Source: Eledone cirrhosa (taxonomy: Eukaryota). From it: DNA of 64,000 nt. The translations under genes were made by a program, and so were the position numbers. The DNA is taken from NCBI GenBank assembly GCA_964016885.1, contig OZ024740.1:183706001-183770000 (forward strand), given 5' to 3'. The notes beneath the pieces were generated by a model, which saw only the letters and a list, made by a program, of their open reading frames with translations, was not told the DNA's origin and searched no databases. This document shows positions 51,191 through 64,000 of this stretch, piece after piece (position 1 is the stretch's first letter; each line of letters begins with the position of its first letter).

Positions 51191-53632
51191 ATGGAAAAAC
51201 AATATTTGGGAACCTCTTTAAAAAACATACCAATACCTTCTAAGGATGACTTCTTACTCCTTATGATTCAAAAAACTAATAATTTTATCAGAAGGGTTAG
51301 ATGGAGAGCCTACCACTTCGATAGAAAATCTAAACAAGCAGATCGGAAATATATGTATGATTTCAATACCTACAAGAATCCACCACACAACTTTTTACTT
51401 GAAGACTTCGAGAAAGACCTTTTTAATTTAATTAAACACCTCAAATTTAAAAAGTATAAATCCGTCTTTCAAAAGGACCTTGATTCTACCCTATTGGACC
51501 TAAAAAAGTCTAAAAAAATCCATGTCCACTCGGACAAAACTGGTAACTTGTATCATATGGATATTGAACATTATAATGAGTTCATATATAAAGAACTCAG
51601 AAAAAATTATAAAAAATCTAATAATGCGTCACTCACCAACATCAACAACAAAACACACAACATAGTAAAAAAACTAAACATTGAAGATAGAACTGAACCT
51701 TTGGCATTGAAAAGACCACACTTCAACCTGAAGGATCATAAATCAAACTTTAACTCAAATCCTTCTATTAGACTTATATGTCCCTCCAAATCAGATATTG
51801 GAATAATTAGCAAAAAAATTTTGGATAGAGTCATCCCACAAATAAGAAAACACGTTATTTTACCACTCTGGGAAAACACCTCCCAGGTAATTAACTGGTT
51901 TAAAAATATTAGATGTAAATCTTCTGCTTCTTTTCTACAATTTGATATAGATAATTACTATTCTTCTATATCACCTATACTCCTGAACAAAGCATTGATA
52001 TTTGCTAAAAATAGATCTAACTTAACTTTGGATGACATTAATATTATTACACATGCTAGACTAACACTTATTGAATTTCAGAATGAATACTGGACCAGAA
52101 ACACATATAGTAATCTATTTGATATTACTATGGGTTCAAGCGATTCCGCCCAAATTACTGATCTTGTGGGCCTCTTTCTCCTTTTCAACATAAATGCCTC
52201 CTTTCCCCACCTCAAAGGTGGTTTATATCGTGATGACTGTCTTCTTCTTTCTAACAACCTTAGCCTTTCAGAAATTGAACAAAACAAAAAACATATTAGA
52301 ACTTTCCTTAAAGACTATTATAATCTTAATATTACTTTTGAAAAAACAAGTAAAGTAGTAAATTTCCTAGATATAACTTTAGATTTAGCTACGGGTATCT
52401 ACCAACCTTACCATAAACCAAACCAAAACTTACATTACATACACTCACAATCTAATCACCCTAAATCTATCCTTAAAAACCTTGCATATAATATATCACT
52501 TAGAATTTCTAACCTTTCTTCTAACCAAGATGTATTTGATAAAAATGCGACCTTCTATAACGAAGCTCTAGATAGAAGTGGCCACAAAAATAGATTAGAA
52601 TATATACCTTCTACTAAAAATACTGAAAGCATACAACCTAATATTACCAACAAACACCAAATGAAAAGTACACACCTAAATGCCACCCACACTATACCCC
52701 AAAATACCAAATCTTCTAATATAAAGTATAGTAACTCTCAAAAAACTACTCATCATACAACTCTAATAAATATTAATAATAAAACTCCTAATAAAAAGGA
52801 TAAAACACCTAAATCTACAAATATAACTAAAAATGGTTGTGGTGAGATCATTAACATTAATCCTCCTAGTAAAAATCACGATACAACATATAAAAATAAT
52901 AAAAATAATAAACAACATAGAAACCGTAATAGACGGGTTACTTGGTATAATGCTCCATTTAATTTACAAATTAAGGATAATATTGCTAAAAAATTTTTTT
53001 ATATCCTAGAGAAAAACTTCCCGCCAAACCACAAATACCATCAAATCTTAAATAGGTCTACAGTTAAATTCTCATACTCTACAACAAATAACATAAAACA
53101 AAATATAAGTGCCTATAATGCATATAAATGTAAGAAAACCATAAGTATACCACCAGTACATCAAATTAACCATAATATCTCCTCAAATACAGAATTAACG
53201 AAAGGTTGTAACTGTAGAAACAAAGCAAACTGCCCATTAAAAGGGAATTGTCTTGTTAACAACATAGTCTATAAATGTAATGTTAAAACTAAAGATTCTA
53301 TTTGCTCATATATAGGAGCTACCTCTAACAATTTTAAGACAAGGTTTAATACCCACAAGCATAGTTTTAAAAATGCCGCACTGGCTAATACAACATCTCT
53401 AGCAGAAAAAATCAATGGTTATAAAAATAAGAATATAGAATATGATTTGACCTGGAGTGTGCTCAAAAGAGCCACCCCTTATCAAAATAATAGAAATGAA
53501 TGTAGATTATGTTCCCAAGAACTATTTGAAATAATGAAATCTAAGGATATCCTATTAAATAAACGACAGGAATTAATTATATCGTGTAATCATAAACTAA
53601 AAAAAACATTTAAATATTATAAACCTAATTAA
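51191..53632 (+). CDS. PLE RT + GIY-YIG polyprotein, copy 4
   Basis: Intact ORF; private substitutions EIEQ, IAKK, INGY; track start TTG 51170. Confidence 0.95.
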   Translation: MEKQYLGTSLKNIPIPSKDDFLLLMIQKTNNFIRRVRWRAYHFDRKSKQADRKYMYDFNTYKNPPHNFLLEDFEKDLFNLIKHLKFKKYKSVFQKDLDSTLLDLKKSKKIHVHSDKTGNLYHMDIEHYNEFIYKELRKNYKKSNNASLTNINNKTHNIVKKLNIEDRTEPLALKRPHFNLKDHKSNFNSNPSIRLICPSKSDIGIISKKILDRVIPQIRKHVILPLWENTSQVINWFKNIRCKSSASFLQFDIDNYYSSISPILLNKALIFAKNRSNLTLDDINIITHARLTLIEFQNEYWTRNTYSNLFDITMGSSDSAQITDLVGLFLLFNINASFPHLKGGLYRDDCLLLSNNLSLSEIEQNKKHIRTFLKDYYNLNITFEKTSKVVNFLDITLDLATGIYQPYHKPNQNLHYIHSQSNHPKSILKNLAYNISLRISNLSSNQDVFDKNATFYNEALDRSGHKNRLEYIPSTKNTESIQPNITNKHQMKSTHLNATHTIPQNTKSSNIKYSNSQKTTHHTTLININNKTPNKKDKTPKSTNITKNGCGEIININPPSKNHDTTYKNNKNNKQHRNRNRRVTWYNAPFNLQIKDNIAKKFFYILEKNFPPNHKYHQILNRSTVKFSYSTTNNIKQNISAYNAYKCKKTISIPPVHQINHNISSNTELTKGCNCRNKANCPLKGNCLVNNIVYKCNVKTKDSICSYIGATSNNFKTRFNTHKHSFKNAALANTTSLAEKINGYKNKNIEYDLTWSVLKRATPYQNNRNECRLCSQELFEIMKSKDILLNKRQELIISCNHKLKKTFKYYKPN

Positions 53633-54957
53633 TAACATTATTTTAGAAATTAATTTAATTTAAATGTTAGTTAACCTATAAATTTAATTTTAATTTAATT
53701 AAAATTCTATTACAGATGAGAATATAAAATATTATGTAATCATAAATTGTGAAAAACCTTTAAATATTACTAATATATACTTAGTAATTTAATTTATAGA
53801 TTAATTTTAATTTATTTAAACCTTTTATTATAATTCTATTACAGATAAAATATAACAAAATATCGTGTATCCAATGACAGAAAAATAATTTTTAGTATTA
53901 TAGACCTAATTAATATACATTTTAGAAATATATTTATAATTTGGTTTTAATTTTAGTCAACCTAAAAATTTAATTTAATTGGCTTAAAATTAGTATCCTT
54001 ATACAGACGAATTGCAGAATGTCATGTAATCATAGAATGGGATGTGTTTTGGATATATACCTAGTTAATATATTCTTTGCAATTTTTGAAAAAATATGTA
54101 TATGTATATGTGTATGTGTATGTGTATGTGTGTGTATATGTGTATATATGTATATATATATGTATATATATGTATATATATATGTGTATGTATATGTATA
54201 TGTATATGTATTAATTTTGATTTCTATTTGCATATAATTATATTCTGCTTTTGATAAAATACAATATCTGTTTTATTTATTATATACCTAATTAACATAT
54301 ACTATAGAAATAAATATATAATTTTTAATTTAGTTAACCTATAATTTATATTCTACTACCGATGTAATACTTTATTTGTTTTTTCCCTATTACTAAATTC
54401 ATTTCCTAATATTGATACCATAACGTTATTAACTTTAATTTAGTTATACTATAATTAATACTCTACTACTATTTAACTTCAAAATTCTGCTTCAAATATT
54501 ATAAACCTAACTAATTTACACCTTAGAAATCAATATGTTAACTATCTTTAGTTTAGTTAACATATAATTAAGGGTATACTTATTTATTTTGAAATGCATA
54601 AATTTTGCCTTATTTCTTGTTTATTGTATTTCCTAACACTGAAACTATGTAAAAACATACATTGGATCCAGATACGGATAATATTCTATGTTTCTTGAAA
54701 CATATATTTACTATAATCCCCTTCTCACCCCCCCCCCCCCCTTTCCCCCATACTATTATCATCTGTGTTTGTAAGCGTGTATGTATGAATATATATGTAG
54801 GTAGGTGTATATATGTTTGGGTATTTATATCTGAATATAAAAATACATATATGCGCATGCAAATAAGAATGTAAGATTGTGTGTGTATATATATGTGTGT
54901 ATGTATGTGTATGTGTGTATATATGCATGTGTATATATATGTGTATGTGTATGTGTG

Positions 54958-55004
<47 letters not shown>

Positions 55005-55200
55005 TTATTTTATATATATGTGTGTGTCTGTATGTGTGTGTGTGTGTGTATATATATCTTTATATATGTGTATGTGTATGTTCGTGTAGGTGTATGTGTG
55101 TGTATGACTATATATGTATGTGTGTATGTGTGTATGTGTATATATATCTATGTGTGTGTACATGTATGTATGTGTATGTATGTGTATGTGTGTATATGTG

Positions 55201-55267
<67 letters not shown>

Positions 55268-55545
55268 GTTTCTCTATTTGTATATGTATATGTGTATAGG
55301 TATATACCTTTTTCTTTGTATGTCTGAGTTGTGTGAGAGTGTAGTGGTGTTTGTATGTATATACCGATATATAGATGCGTAAGTATTTGTCTGTATGTAT
55401 GTATGTATGTCTGTATGTATTTGTGTGTATATATAGGTATGTATGTGTATATCTGTATGTATATAAGTATGTAAGTGTATGTATAAGTGCGTGTATGTGT
55501 GTATATATATGTGTGTCTATATAGTATGTGTGAGTATATGTGTAT

Positions 55546-55613
<68 letters not shown>

Positions 55614-55759
55614 ATTTATATGTATGTGTGTATATGTATGTATGTGTGTATATGTATATGTTTATATATGTGTGTGTATGTATGTTTTAAGTGTGGATGT
55701 GTGTATATGTATGTATGTGTTTGTATATGTGTATGTATATATATATGTGTATATATGTG

Positions 55760-55801
<42 letters not shown>

Positions 55802-56428
55802 CTTGATATATTTCTTTTTTCTTTTTTCTTTTTCTTTTCTTTCCTTTTTAATGTTTATTTATTATTTATTATTTTTTTATTTTCTTAGTTTATAGATACA
55901 TCTATATTAAGCAGTCTGCCCAAACCGTTGAATACTGACCTCTCCCCCCTCCCACCTAATTTCTGTATCTTGATCTAAATGTGTGTGCCAGTGTTTATGT
56001 GAGTGAATTAATATCCATGTGCTTAGGATTTTATATCCACATATATATATGTTAGTGGGGGTGTGTGTGTGTTTGTATGTTCGTAGTTATGTGTATGTTT
56101 ATGCATATACGCGCGTGTGTGTGTGATTGTACGGATATGTGTGAGTATGAAAATATGTGTATACATTTATTTCATATTTATGTGTCTATACGCATCTTAT
56201 CTGTGCATTATAAACTTACAGAGACATTAACCTTGAAATTTTGTATTTGCATCCATCCTTTTGGTATGCGTATACAAGTTGTGCATACATTTTTGTAAAA
56301 TATGTGTAAGGGTAGTTACATGTATATACACACACCGAACTGCATTAAACCTTTTGTATTTTCATTGGTCAATTTTGTTCCCAAACGGACCTGAAATTTT
56401 GAATTGTTGTTATTATCAATAAATATAT

Positions 56429-56582
56429 TTCATTATTTCTGAAGACGGCGTATATATGTGTTGGTATGTATATTTAATCTTGATAGTTTGTATAATTTTG
56501 TATAATTTTGTACATAGATCTGTTGAATATGCATGCCAATTCTAACACATATATATCCTAGAAACGATCGTTAAATAATGAA
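56429..56582 (+). ncRNA. PLE hammerhead ribozyme, unit 4
   Basis: Same sequence as 37336-37489. Confidence 0.8.
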
Positions 56583-56635
56583 CTTTTTTTGTTTAATATA
56601 AGGAACTGTTTCATTGTTTATTCATTATTTGTTTA

Positions 56636-56679
<44 letters not shown>

Positions 56680-57008
56680 TATAATATATATATATACGAT
56701 ACAAACACAAACACAAATATTTAACGTTAATATTTTCCCACAGAAAGATTATGTGCTGTTTGCTGGTGTGAAGTTTAATGGAAACCAACGGAAGCCCCTT
56801 ATTTGACGATACAATATCGTGTATATATATATATATATATTTCTTATTCTGATGAAGTACTAGCGTCAGAAACGTTGATATATTTTTACTATATTATATA
56901 TTAAGCGTGAATCTAATATATATATGTATTGTGCTTCATCGAGTGTTTTTTTCCGTTTTCGTTTCGAATATATAGTATGTATGTATGTATGTATATATAC
57001 ACACACAC

Positions 57009-57074
<66 letters not shown>

Positions 57075-57093
57075 ATATATATACGTGTGTGTG

Positions 57094-57210
57094 TGTTCAG
57101 TCGAGGGTAACCACAGTAAGTAAGGTACCCAATACATACCAGAGTATACATATTTATCAGAGCTTCCTTATGATTTCTCCCGAATGAAACATTTCTAGTC
57201 CTGTAGAAGC
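57094..57210 (-). repeat. Short interspersed repeat (copy of the 23221-23335 family)
   Basis: Direct similarity to 23236-23335. Confidence 0.7.
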
Positions 57211-57268
57211 CATTTTTATATTAAATAACCCCCCCCCCCCCCCACCCACCACCACCACACACACTCAC

Positions 57269-57302
<34 letters not shown>

Positions 57303-59751
57303 ATAATTTGAAATATTTTTCACTCCCTTTTTAATTAACTTGTTTCACTGAATTTGACAAGATGGATTTTAATACATTGAAACCGGTAATTTTTCCATAC
57401 ACTTTATATACTCCATAAAAAATGTTTCAAAAAAGAATTGTCCCTCTTTATTTAATAACACTATAATTTTAATAACACTATCTTTTCAATAATGTCACTT
57501 TGACGAATACAAAAGAAAAACCTTAAACATATCTCCCGTGCTATTTCCAACTTCATCTTTTCTCTCTCTCTAAATATATATATATATTAGTCAAAGTATT
57601 GACACATTCCTGTTCCATTTTGCGCATGCGAACATAAAGGTTGGTCTAGTTATTCTATAAAGTTTAAGGGAACTAATTACGCGGTAAAAGATATATGTAA
57701 AAGGAGAAATTATCTAAGCGGGAAAATAACACTCTGAAGACGGATGTGCAATATAGGGCTGCTGATGTTGAGCCCCAGGTCAGCTCTGATCCAATAGACA
57801 TATTATCAAATGCATTTCAGCCATTGCATTCCCCTTAATTTCGTGTTCGTGATGTCTAGCTCACTATTATTCAATATCATCTGTATATTTTAGGTTTGTG
57901 GGATATAAATGGAGGGAAATTTCACAATTATTTGCAACATATTTCACTGTTATTTTATCCAGAGTATCCACTGTTGGCTATATTATATGAAGCATATTGG
58001 GAAACACAATTCTATATTTTGGATAACATTAATGAATAGGTAACACATTAAATATAAAGTGAAAATCGTGTATGGTATTGGACAACACTGTGAGGTGTTT
58101 TGTTATGCAATTTCATATTTAGAGGGAACATTTCTTTTATATATCAGCAAATCGATATTATGCGCCTCAGTCAACCTAGGTATTGAAAATGGATAAATAG
58201 ATAATTTGGGAATATTGCAAATAGGTTTGGTTTACAAATGGGAAAAAGACAGCACAATACACGAGAAACATGGTATATATATATAATTATTTGTATGTCA
58301 TAAGAATATCACGGGATTTACTCTAGTACCAAGCATTTTGTGTCAAAGCACTTATCAAACATATTAAAAAGCCAAACATTTTTATATAGTAAAAAATGGA
58401 ATATCGTAATAATATTCTAGAAACTAACCGCTAAAAGCCCATGTTTACAGTACATACATTTGAAAGCTTAATGGTATATAATATTGTGAGTGTGACATGG
58501 ATTATATATATATATATGTGTGCACGTAAAATGTTTGTTTAAATATATGCATAAATAAGCAATCGAGTTAGGAAGCATTTAGCAAACTTGAAGTTTGAAA
58601 GTATGTTAGCTTATTGTACGCTGATATATCGCAGCTTTGACTATAAAATAGTTGAACAAGGGCCTACATATCCATAGAAATGAAATTTTAGATGGATCAA
58701 AAACAAAGTTAATCCTGGCAAGATTAGAACTCGAGTCTAGAACTCAAAAACTAATACTGTTAGGCAATTTAAGCTATTGTTTCTACCAGACCACTTCTCT
58801 TTTTGTGGACAATAATAATTACATAAACAAAAGAAAAATTTGTTTTCGAATCTGACAACTTACAAGACTTGAAATTTCAAATCCTCCCATTGGTCAATAA
58901 GTCAATATCGTAAATCAGCTACTGGAAATCATCAAAAGGATTTTTATCGATTTTGTAAGTTGTAAGCCAAGCCAATGTTATCAACCTATATAAATCATTT
59001 GTCAAAGCTGACCTCAAGTAACTCTATACATGCATACAAAGACAAAAGAAAATCCACGAAATGACAAATCACTTCAGCTAATTTAGCTTTGTTGACAGCT
59101 CAAAATACCAGACCTAATGACATGTGAGATGCACAGAAGGTGTGAGGACTTATCATCAACATCTCTCTACAAATGTTAACTGTTAGAAGATATAGAAATA
59201 TTTTTGCCTTGGTTTACTTTGGTAGAATGTACAAGCCATCGAACCAAAGGCCTCGTGGTACTTAGGCTCTGAGCTCAAATCCGACCGAGGTGACATTTGC
59301 CTTTTAACCTTCTGGTATCTTTTGATGAAATAAGTATTTGAATCGCCAATAAGGGTTTGATGAATTGCTCGACGTTCTGAAGGAGCGACAAAGGAACAAT
59401 TAAGTGAAGAAGAAATTGGTTTAGTTTGAAAATCATTTAACTGCGACAATGCTGATGAAAATGATTCTACCAGTCAAGAAACAGACACTACAGCTACCTA
59501 AAATATTCTAAAGATTCCCATAAACACCTTTGGGTAAAGAAGTTTCTATTATCAAAAACTAAATGTGTTTAGGTGGAATTCTCTGATTTAAATTGAACAC
59601 ACACACACACACACACACACATAATATTTATTGGTGTGTAACGCTAAGTTACTGATGGTTCACCAGTTTGAGCACTCGATCCTATGCGAATCCAGTTACC
59701 GGAATGGTACTGTACATTTGGTTAATCGGCATCCTTAAGAAGCAGATTGCT

Positions 59752-59961
59752 AATATTGGTTTTTTATATAGGCACAAGGCCAGCCATTTTGGAGGAGGGG
59801 AAAGTCGATTACATCGTGACTGGTACTTTATTTTATCGACCCCGTAAGGATGAAGGCAAAGTTACCCTCGGAGTGATTTGAACTCAGACCATAAAAGGCC
59901 GTAACGTTTTACTGTAAAGCATGGCGTCCGACGCCCCTAACGATACTGCCAATCCACCGCC
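59752..59961 (-). mobile_element. tRNA-derived SINE
   Basis: Reverse complement: GGCGGTGGATTGGCAGTATCGTTAG...CTGAGTTCAAATC...CTTTGCCTTCATCCTTACGGGGTCGATAAAATAAAGTACCAG...GGCCTTGTGCC. Confidence 0.8.
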
Positions 59962-59964
59962 CTC

Positions 59965-60013
<49 letters not shown>

Positions 60014-60170
60014 AAGAAAGCTGTATCAATGTACCATCATTATGTTTATTCACATGTGACGCGCGTCTCGCGATCGATCAGCTCAAGAAACGATTGGTAT
60101 CGATCGTTCACGCATCTGGAATCGAATGATGACGCTATATTGATACCTCGTTCCTACTAATTATTACTGC

Positions 60171-60456
<286 letters not shown>

Positions 60457-60500
60457 AGAGAGAGAGAGAGAGAGAGAGAGAAGGAGAGAGAGAGAGAGAT

Positions 60501-60545
<45 letters not shown>

Positions 60546-60577
60546 GAGAGAGAGAGAGATATGCATATATACTTTTC

Positions 60578-60629
<52 letters not shown>

Positions 60630-60635
<6 letters not shown>

Positions 60636-61405
60636 ATGAACACTAATACAAATATACATGTGTTCGCATTGCAAATGACCAAGTTAGCTAGATTGAAAAA
60701 TACTAAATAAAATAATACGGTTTGCCTGTCTCGATTTAAAATAATAAATCAATAAAAACAAACCTATATTGGCAATAGCCGTGATACCCGGACACATTTT
60801 AAATTTTTTTCGCAACAATTAAGTGAAAGTTCCTATTCCTGTGCTCTTCTGCAGGTATCCAGAAATTGGTAAGTTTCACTTCAAACTATTTAAGAAGACT
60901 TAGAGAAACGTGTTGTTGAACGCACATGTGTAACAGCGCCTAGCTCGTGCCATACTCGTGCCGCTAAAAATACCAGCCGGTTTTATGGGTCTAAAAATTA
61001 GCTCTACGCATGGAGCTGAGAATATTATATATAGAGTTATAAACTCAAATAGTCTTTTATAATTATATAGCTCAAAGAAAGGAATATTTCTGAGCCGTGT
61101 AATACAAATGGATATATGATAGGGATAAACATTGATACAAGTATACACGTGTTCGCATTGCAAATGACCAAGTTATCTAGATTGAAAAATACTAATTAAA
61201 ATAATACGGTTTGCCTGTCTCAATTTTAAATAATAAATCAATAAAAACAAACTTATATTGGCAATAGCCGTGATACCTGGACAAATTTTAAATTTGTTTC
61301 GCAACAATTAAGTGAAAGATCCTATTCCTGTGTTCTTCTGCGGGTATCCAGAAATTGGTAAGTTTCACGTAAAAATACTTAAGAAGACTGAGAGAAATGT
61401 GTTGA
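60630..61405. repeat. Partial tandem duplication, 489-bp period
   Basis: 60630-60920 repeated with substitutions at ~61119-61405; begins at a (TA)n tract. Confidence 0.85.
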
Positions 61406-61542
61406 AAAATACTAATTAAAATAATATATTATTAATTATATATTATTTTCCCTCATCTTACATTAAATATTTTTTCATCTTGATGGTATAGTCACTTATA
61501 TACGTGAATTATTTTTGGCATTTTGCTCACATTAATTTTATT

Positions 61543-61626
<84 letters not shown>

Positions 61627-62339
61627 TATATTGCATATCTAATGATATATGTATGTTTACAATAACTATTTGGAAAGCCCTTTAGCGATGAATATTGAAA
61701 GTCTAACGGCTAGCACCGTCTATCGAATTCTAGCAGAAGAATTGTGTGTGTGCGTGTGTATTTGGGGGGAGGGGGGATAACAGCCAAAGCATCTCTAGCT
61801 CAGACTATCATCAGGACAGTGCTTCACCCACCCTGTTCTCTGCTGAAATTTGAAACAGACGAAAATATATAGTTTTTTCCGCATATGTGCATGGGCTGAT
61901 TAGCCTCATTTGCATATGGCACTGTCAGGTACGGCATATTTCAATTGATAAGCGAATAAGCCCATAGTGCTTTCTGCGTGGTCATCAACCTGCTAGAAAT
62001 AGGAGCTAAATCACCCCCAAACCACAACCTACATACAGTCGCTTTTAAAATATGTATGGATACATTGACTAATGTAGTTGTAGATACGCTGTTCCATGAC
62101 TTGAGAATGGTCACTGCTTCAGAACATTTGGTAATAGACTGATAAAACCAAGAACATTCTTGACAAACATGTGTGTGCTGATCCTCCGTCTGTCCCAACG
62201 ACGAATATTCCAGTTGATTCATTCAAATGAACAGTCACATGGTGAAATCAACTTATACCCATAACGTAATTCTCTGTGAGATTCAGGTAGAGACAGGGTG
62301 TAACAGAACCTGTCCATTATATTACAGTTATAAACACGT

Positions 62340-62460
62340 GTATGCCACCTGAGTGGACTGAAATAAAGTGTTTTCTTCAGCACACAACGCACCGCTGTGA
62401 ATCGAACGCATGAATTTACGAACATGAACAGAACAGACTAAGTACACAGCTATGAGCCTT
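62340..62460 (-). mobile_element. Degenerate second tRNA-derived SINE family
   Basis: Reverse complement has B-box-like GCGTTCGATTC followed by GCGTTGTGTGCTGAAGAAAACACTTTATTTCAGTCCACTCAG. Confidence 0.45.
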
Positions 62461-63195
62461 CACAAAAAAAAACAGCTGTAGACAACCAAGTAATCTCTAG
62501 TTTTTATCATGATATATCAGACCATTAGCTATTCATTAGTATTTGCTAATATTTGCTGTCAATGATTTCTGAAGTCTATTGAAATCACAGGGAGACTCCA
62601 GTTAACATAAGTTGATTTGACATGATTCCAGATAAGCTTAAAAAAAAAAAAAAGGATAAATACCAAGCAAAAAGATAAAACAAATCCCAAAGAACTAAAG
62701 AATGTTTTCAAAACATCAGAATTAGGTTGGATGGGGATAATTCTTATTTTATTAATTTTATTTTACTTCATTTTATTCATTTTATTTTGAGGGGATATCA
62801 TGTTGCTTCACGTATATATTCTTGTACATGTTCTTCTGTCTTCATTATTTTATATATGTATGTATGAGTGGATGGATGTATGTATGGAGGCATGGATGGA
62901 TGGATGGATGTAGGTTTCTTTGCTCATATTTTATTAATTTTCACCAATAGAGACAGAGAGGCAGTTTCTAAAGGAAACACGACTCTTTCATTGGAATTTA
63001 GACATCGACTACGTAACTACATAAATGTGTCTGTAGGTGTATGTGTGTATGTGTGAGTGAGTGCAGGTATGGATATTATTGAATACGTGGATCCGCATGT
63101 TTTGAGTCAAATGTGTACACGTTCATATGTTTATGTGTTTATGTGTCTATACATGTGTGTATGCAGTTATTACATGCAGCATTTCTGAAATGTGT

Positions 63196-63277
<82 letters not shown>

Positions 63278-64000
63278 TGTGTTTAAGATAGAAAACACGT
63301 AATACAACGGCGGTAGCCTGATAACAGCCATCGCTTTCCTAACAGTAATCGGAGAAGGTTGATAATTGATTTACAGAGATGGCTGTGGTATGGTTCTGAA
63401 GGGCGTGTTTCAGTATAATTTATGTCTGTGGTGATGCGTATGTTTGGTATGGTTGGTCATATCATCATGATTTGTGTTTGCTTGAGTTGGTGGATAGCAT
63501 GGGTATGGTTTAGATATATTTACAACCTAGTTAGGTAAATTACGGTTATCATATATAGATTGTTATGGGTAAATTTAACTGGCCTACAAACACAAAGTTT
63601 TCAAAAAATACCTAATAGTAAGTTAGAATAGTCAGAGTTGCAATATTATACTACATTAAGTATATGGGCCTAAGTTAAAGTAATTAAAAAAATTACACAA
63701 ACGCAATATATGTAAAAATACCAACTTACTGTCGAGGATAATTTTACTTCTTCAAAGCCATCATGCCACTTTCTTCATCGCCCAGCTTTCACAAAAAGAA
63801 CACCATTAACTTATGGATACCTCATCGCAAGGATAAACCCTTAATAGTCGCCAATTAGAAAGTATTCATAAAGTTACATGAATCAAACAGACATACCGAT
63901 TTCTATTTTGAAGTAAAACTACCTCTCGAGAACTCATCCACCATGAGTTATATATACATATATTGTTGGACCTCCATCGCTTCGCTTTGAGTTGAGCATA

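Larger units (their letters stand above)
27216..56644 (+). mobile_element. Penelope-like retroelement (EN+), complex insertion: inverted 3' segment plus four tandem units, inserted in (TA)n
   Basis: Four near-identical RT+GIY-YIG ORFs at 6672-6679-bp spacing, 5' inverted repeat, hammerheads, both ends abut (TA)n; tandem/inverted architecture is typical of PLEs. Confidence 0.95.
51111..56644 (+). repeat. PLE tandem unit 4 (internal ~930-bp deletion, ends in (TA)n)
   Basis: ORF-to-HHR distance 2797 bp vs 3728 bp in unit 1; homology stops at TAATATTTTAT followed by (TA)n. Confidence 0.9.

Noticed and set aside
27216-56644. DNA transposon or Polinton with long terminal inverted repeats
   Set aside because: No transposase, integrase or polB; the inverted ends are unequal and correspond to the PLE 3' region
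56845-56880. CTGATGA...GAAACGTT hammerhead-like motif (similar remnants at ~16180-16215 and ~57350-57390)
   Set aside because: Stems too weak or core too mutated to support a call
59183-59449. 88-aa minus-strand ORF
   Set aside because: Overlaps a degenerate plus-strand SINE copy (~59225-59340); no domain recognised

Overview
AT-rich, gene-poor animal genomic DNA saturated with (TA)n/(CA)n/(GA)n microsatellites. The repeat content is reminiscent of a cephalopod such as Octopus, but that is an inference. The dominant feature is a ~29.4-kb complex insertion (27216-56644) of an intact Penelope-like retroelement (PLE). It consists of a 3.87-kb inverted copy of the 3' region followed by four ~6.67-kb head-to-tail units. 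Each unit has an uninterrupted RT + C-terminal GIY-YIG ORF and a ~4.2-kb microsatellite-laden non-coding region that carries a type I hammerhead ribozyme (HHR) with an unusually long stem II. Diagnostic substitutions suggest the array grew from two to four units by unequal exchange. The flanks hold many short non-coding elements wedged between (TA)n tracts, in tandem or fold-back arrangement. They carry more than a dozen further HHR or HHR-like motifs, including a tandem 595-nt retrozyme-like unit with a compensated U3-A8 core and families with other non-canonical cores. tRNA-derived SINEs and decayed RTE-type LINE fragments are also present. No host gene could be supported, and the many IYIY/CVCV ORFs are microsatellite artefacts.
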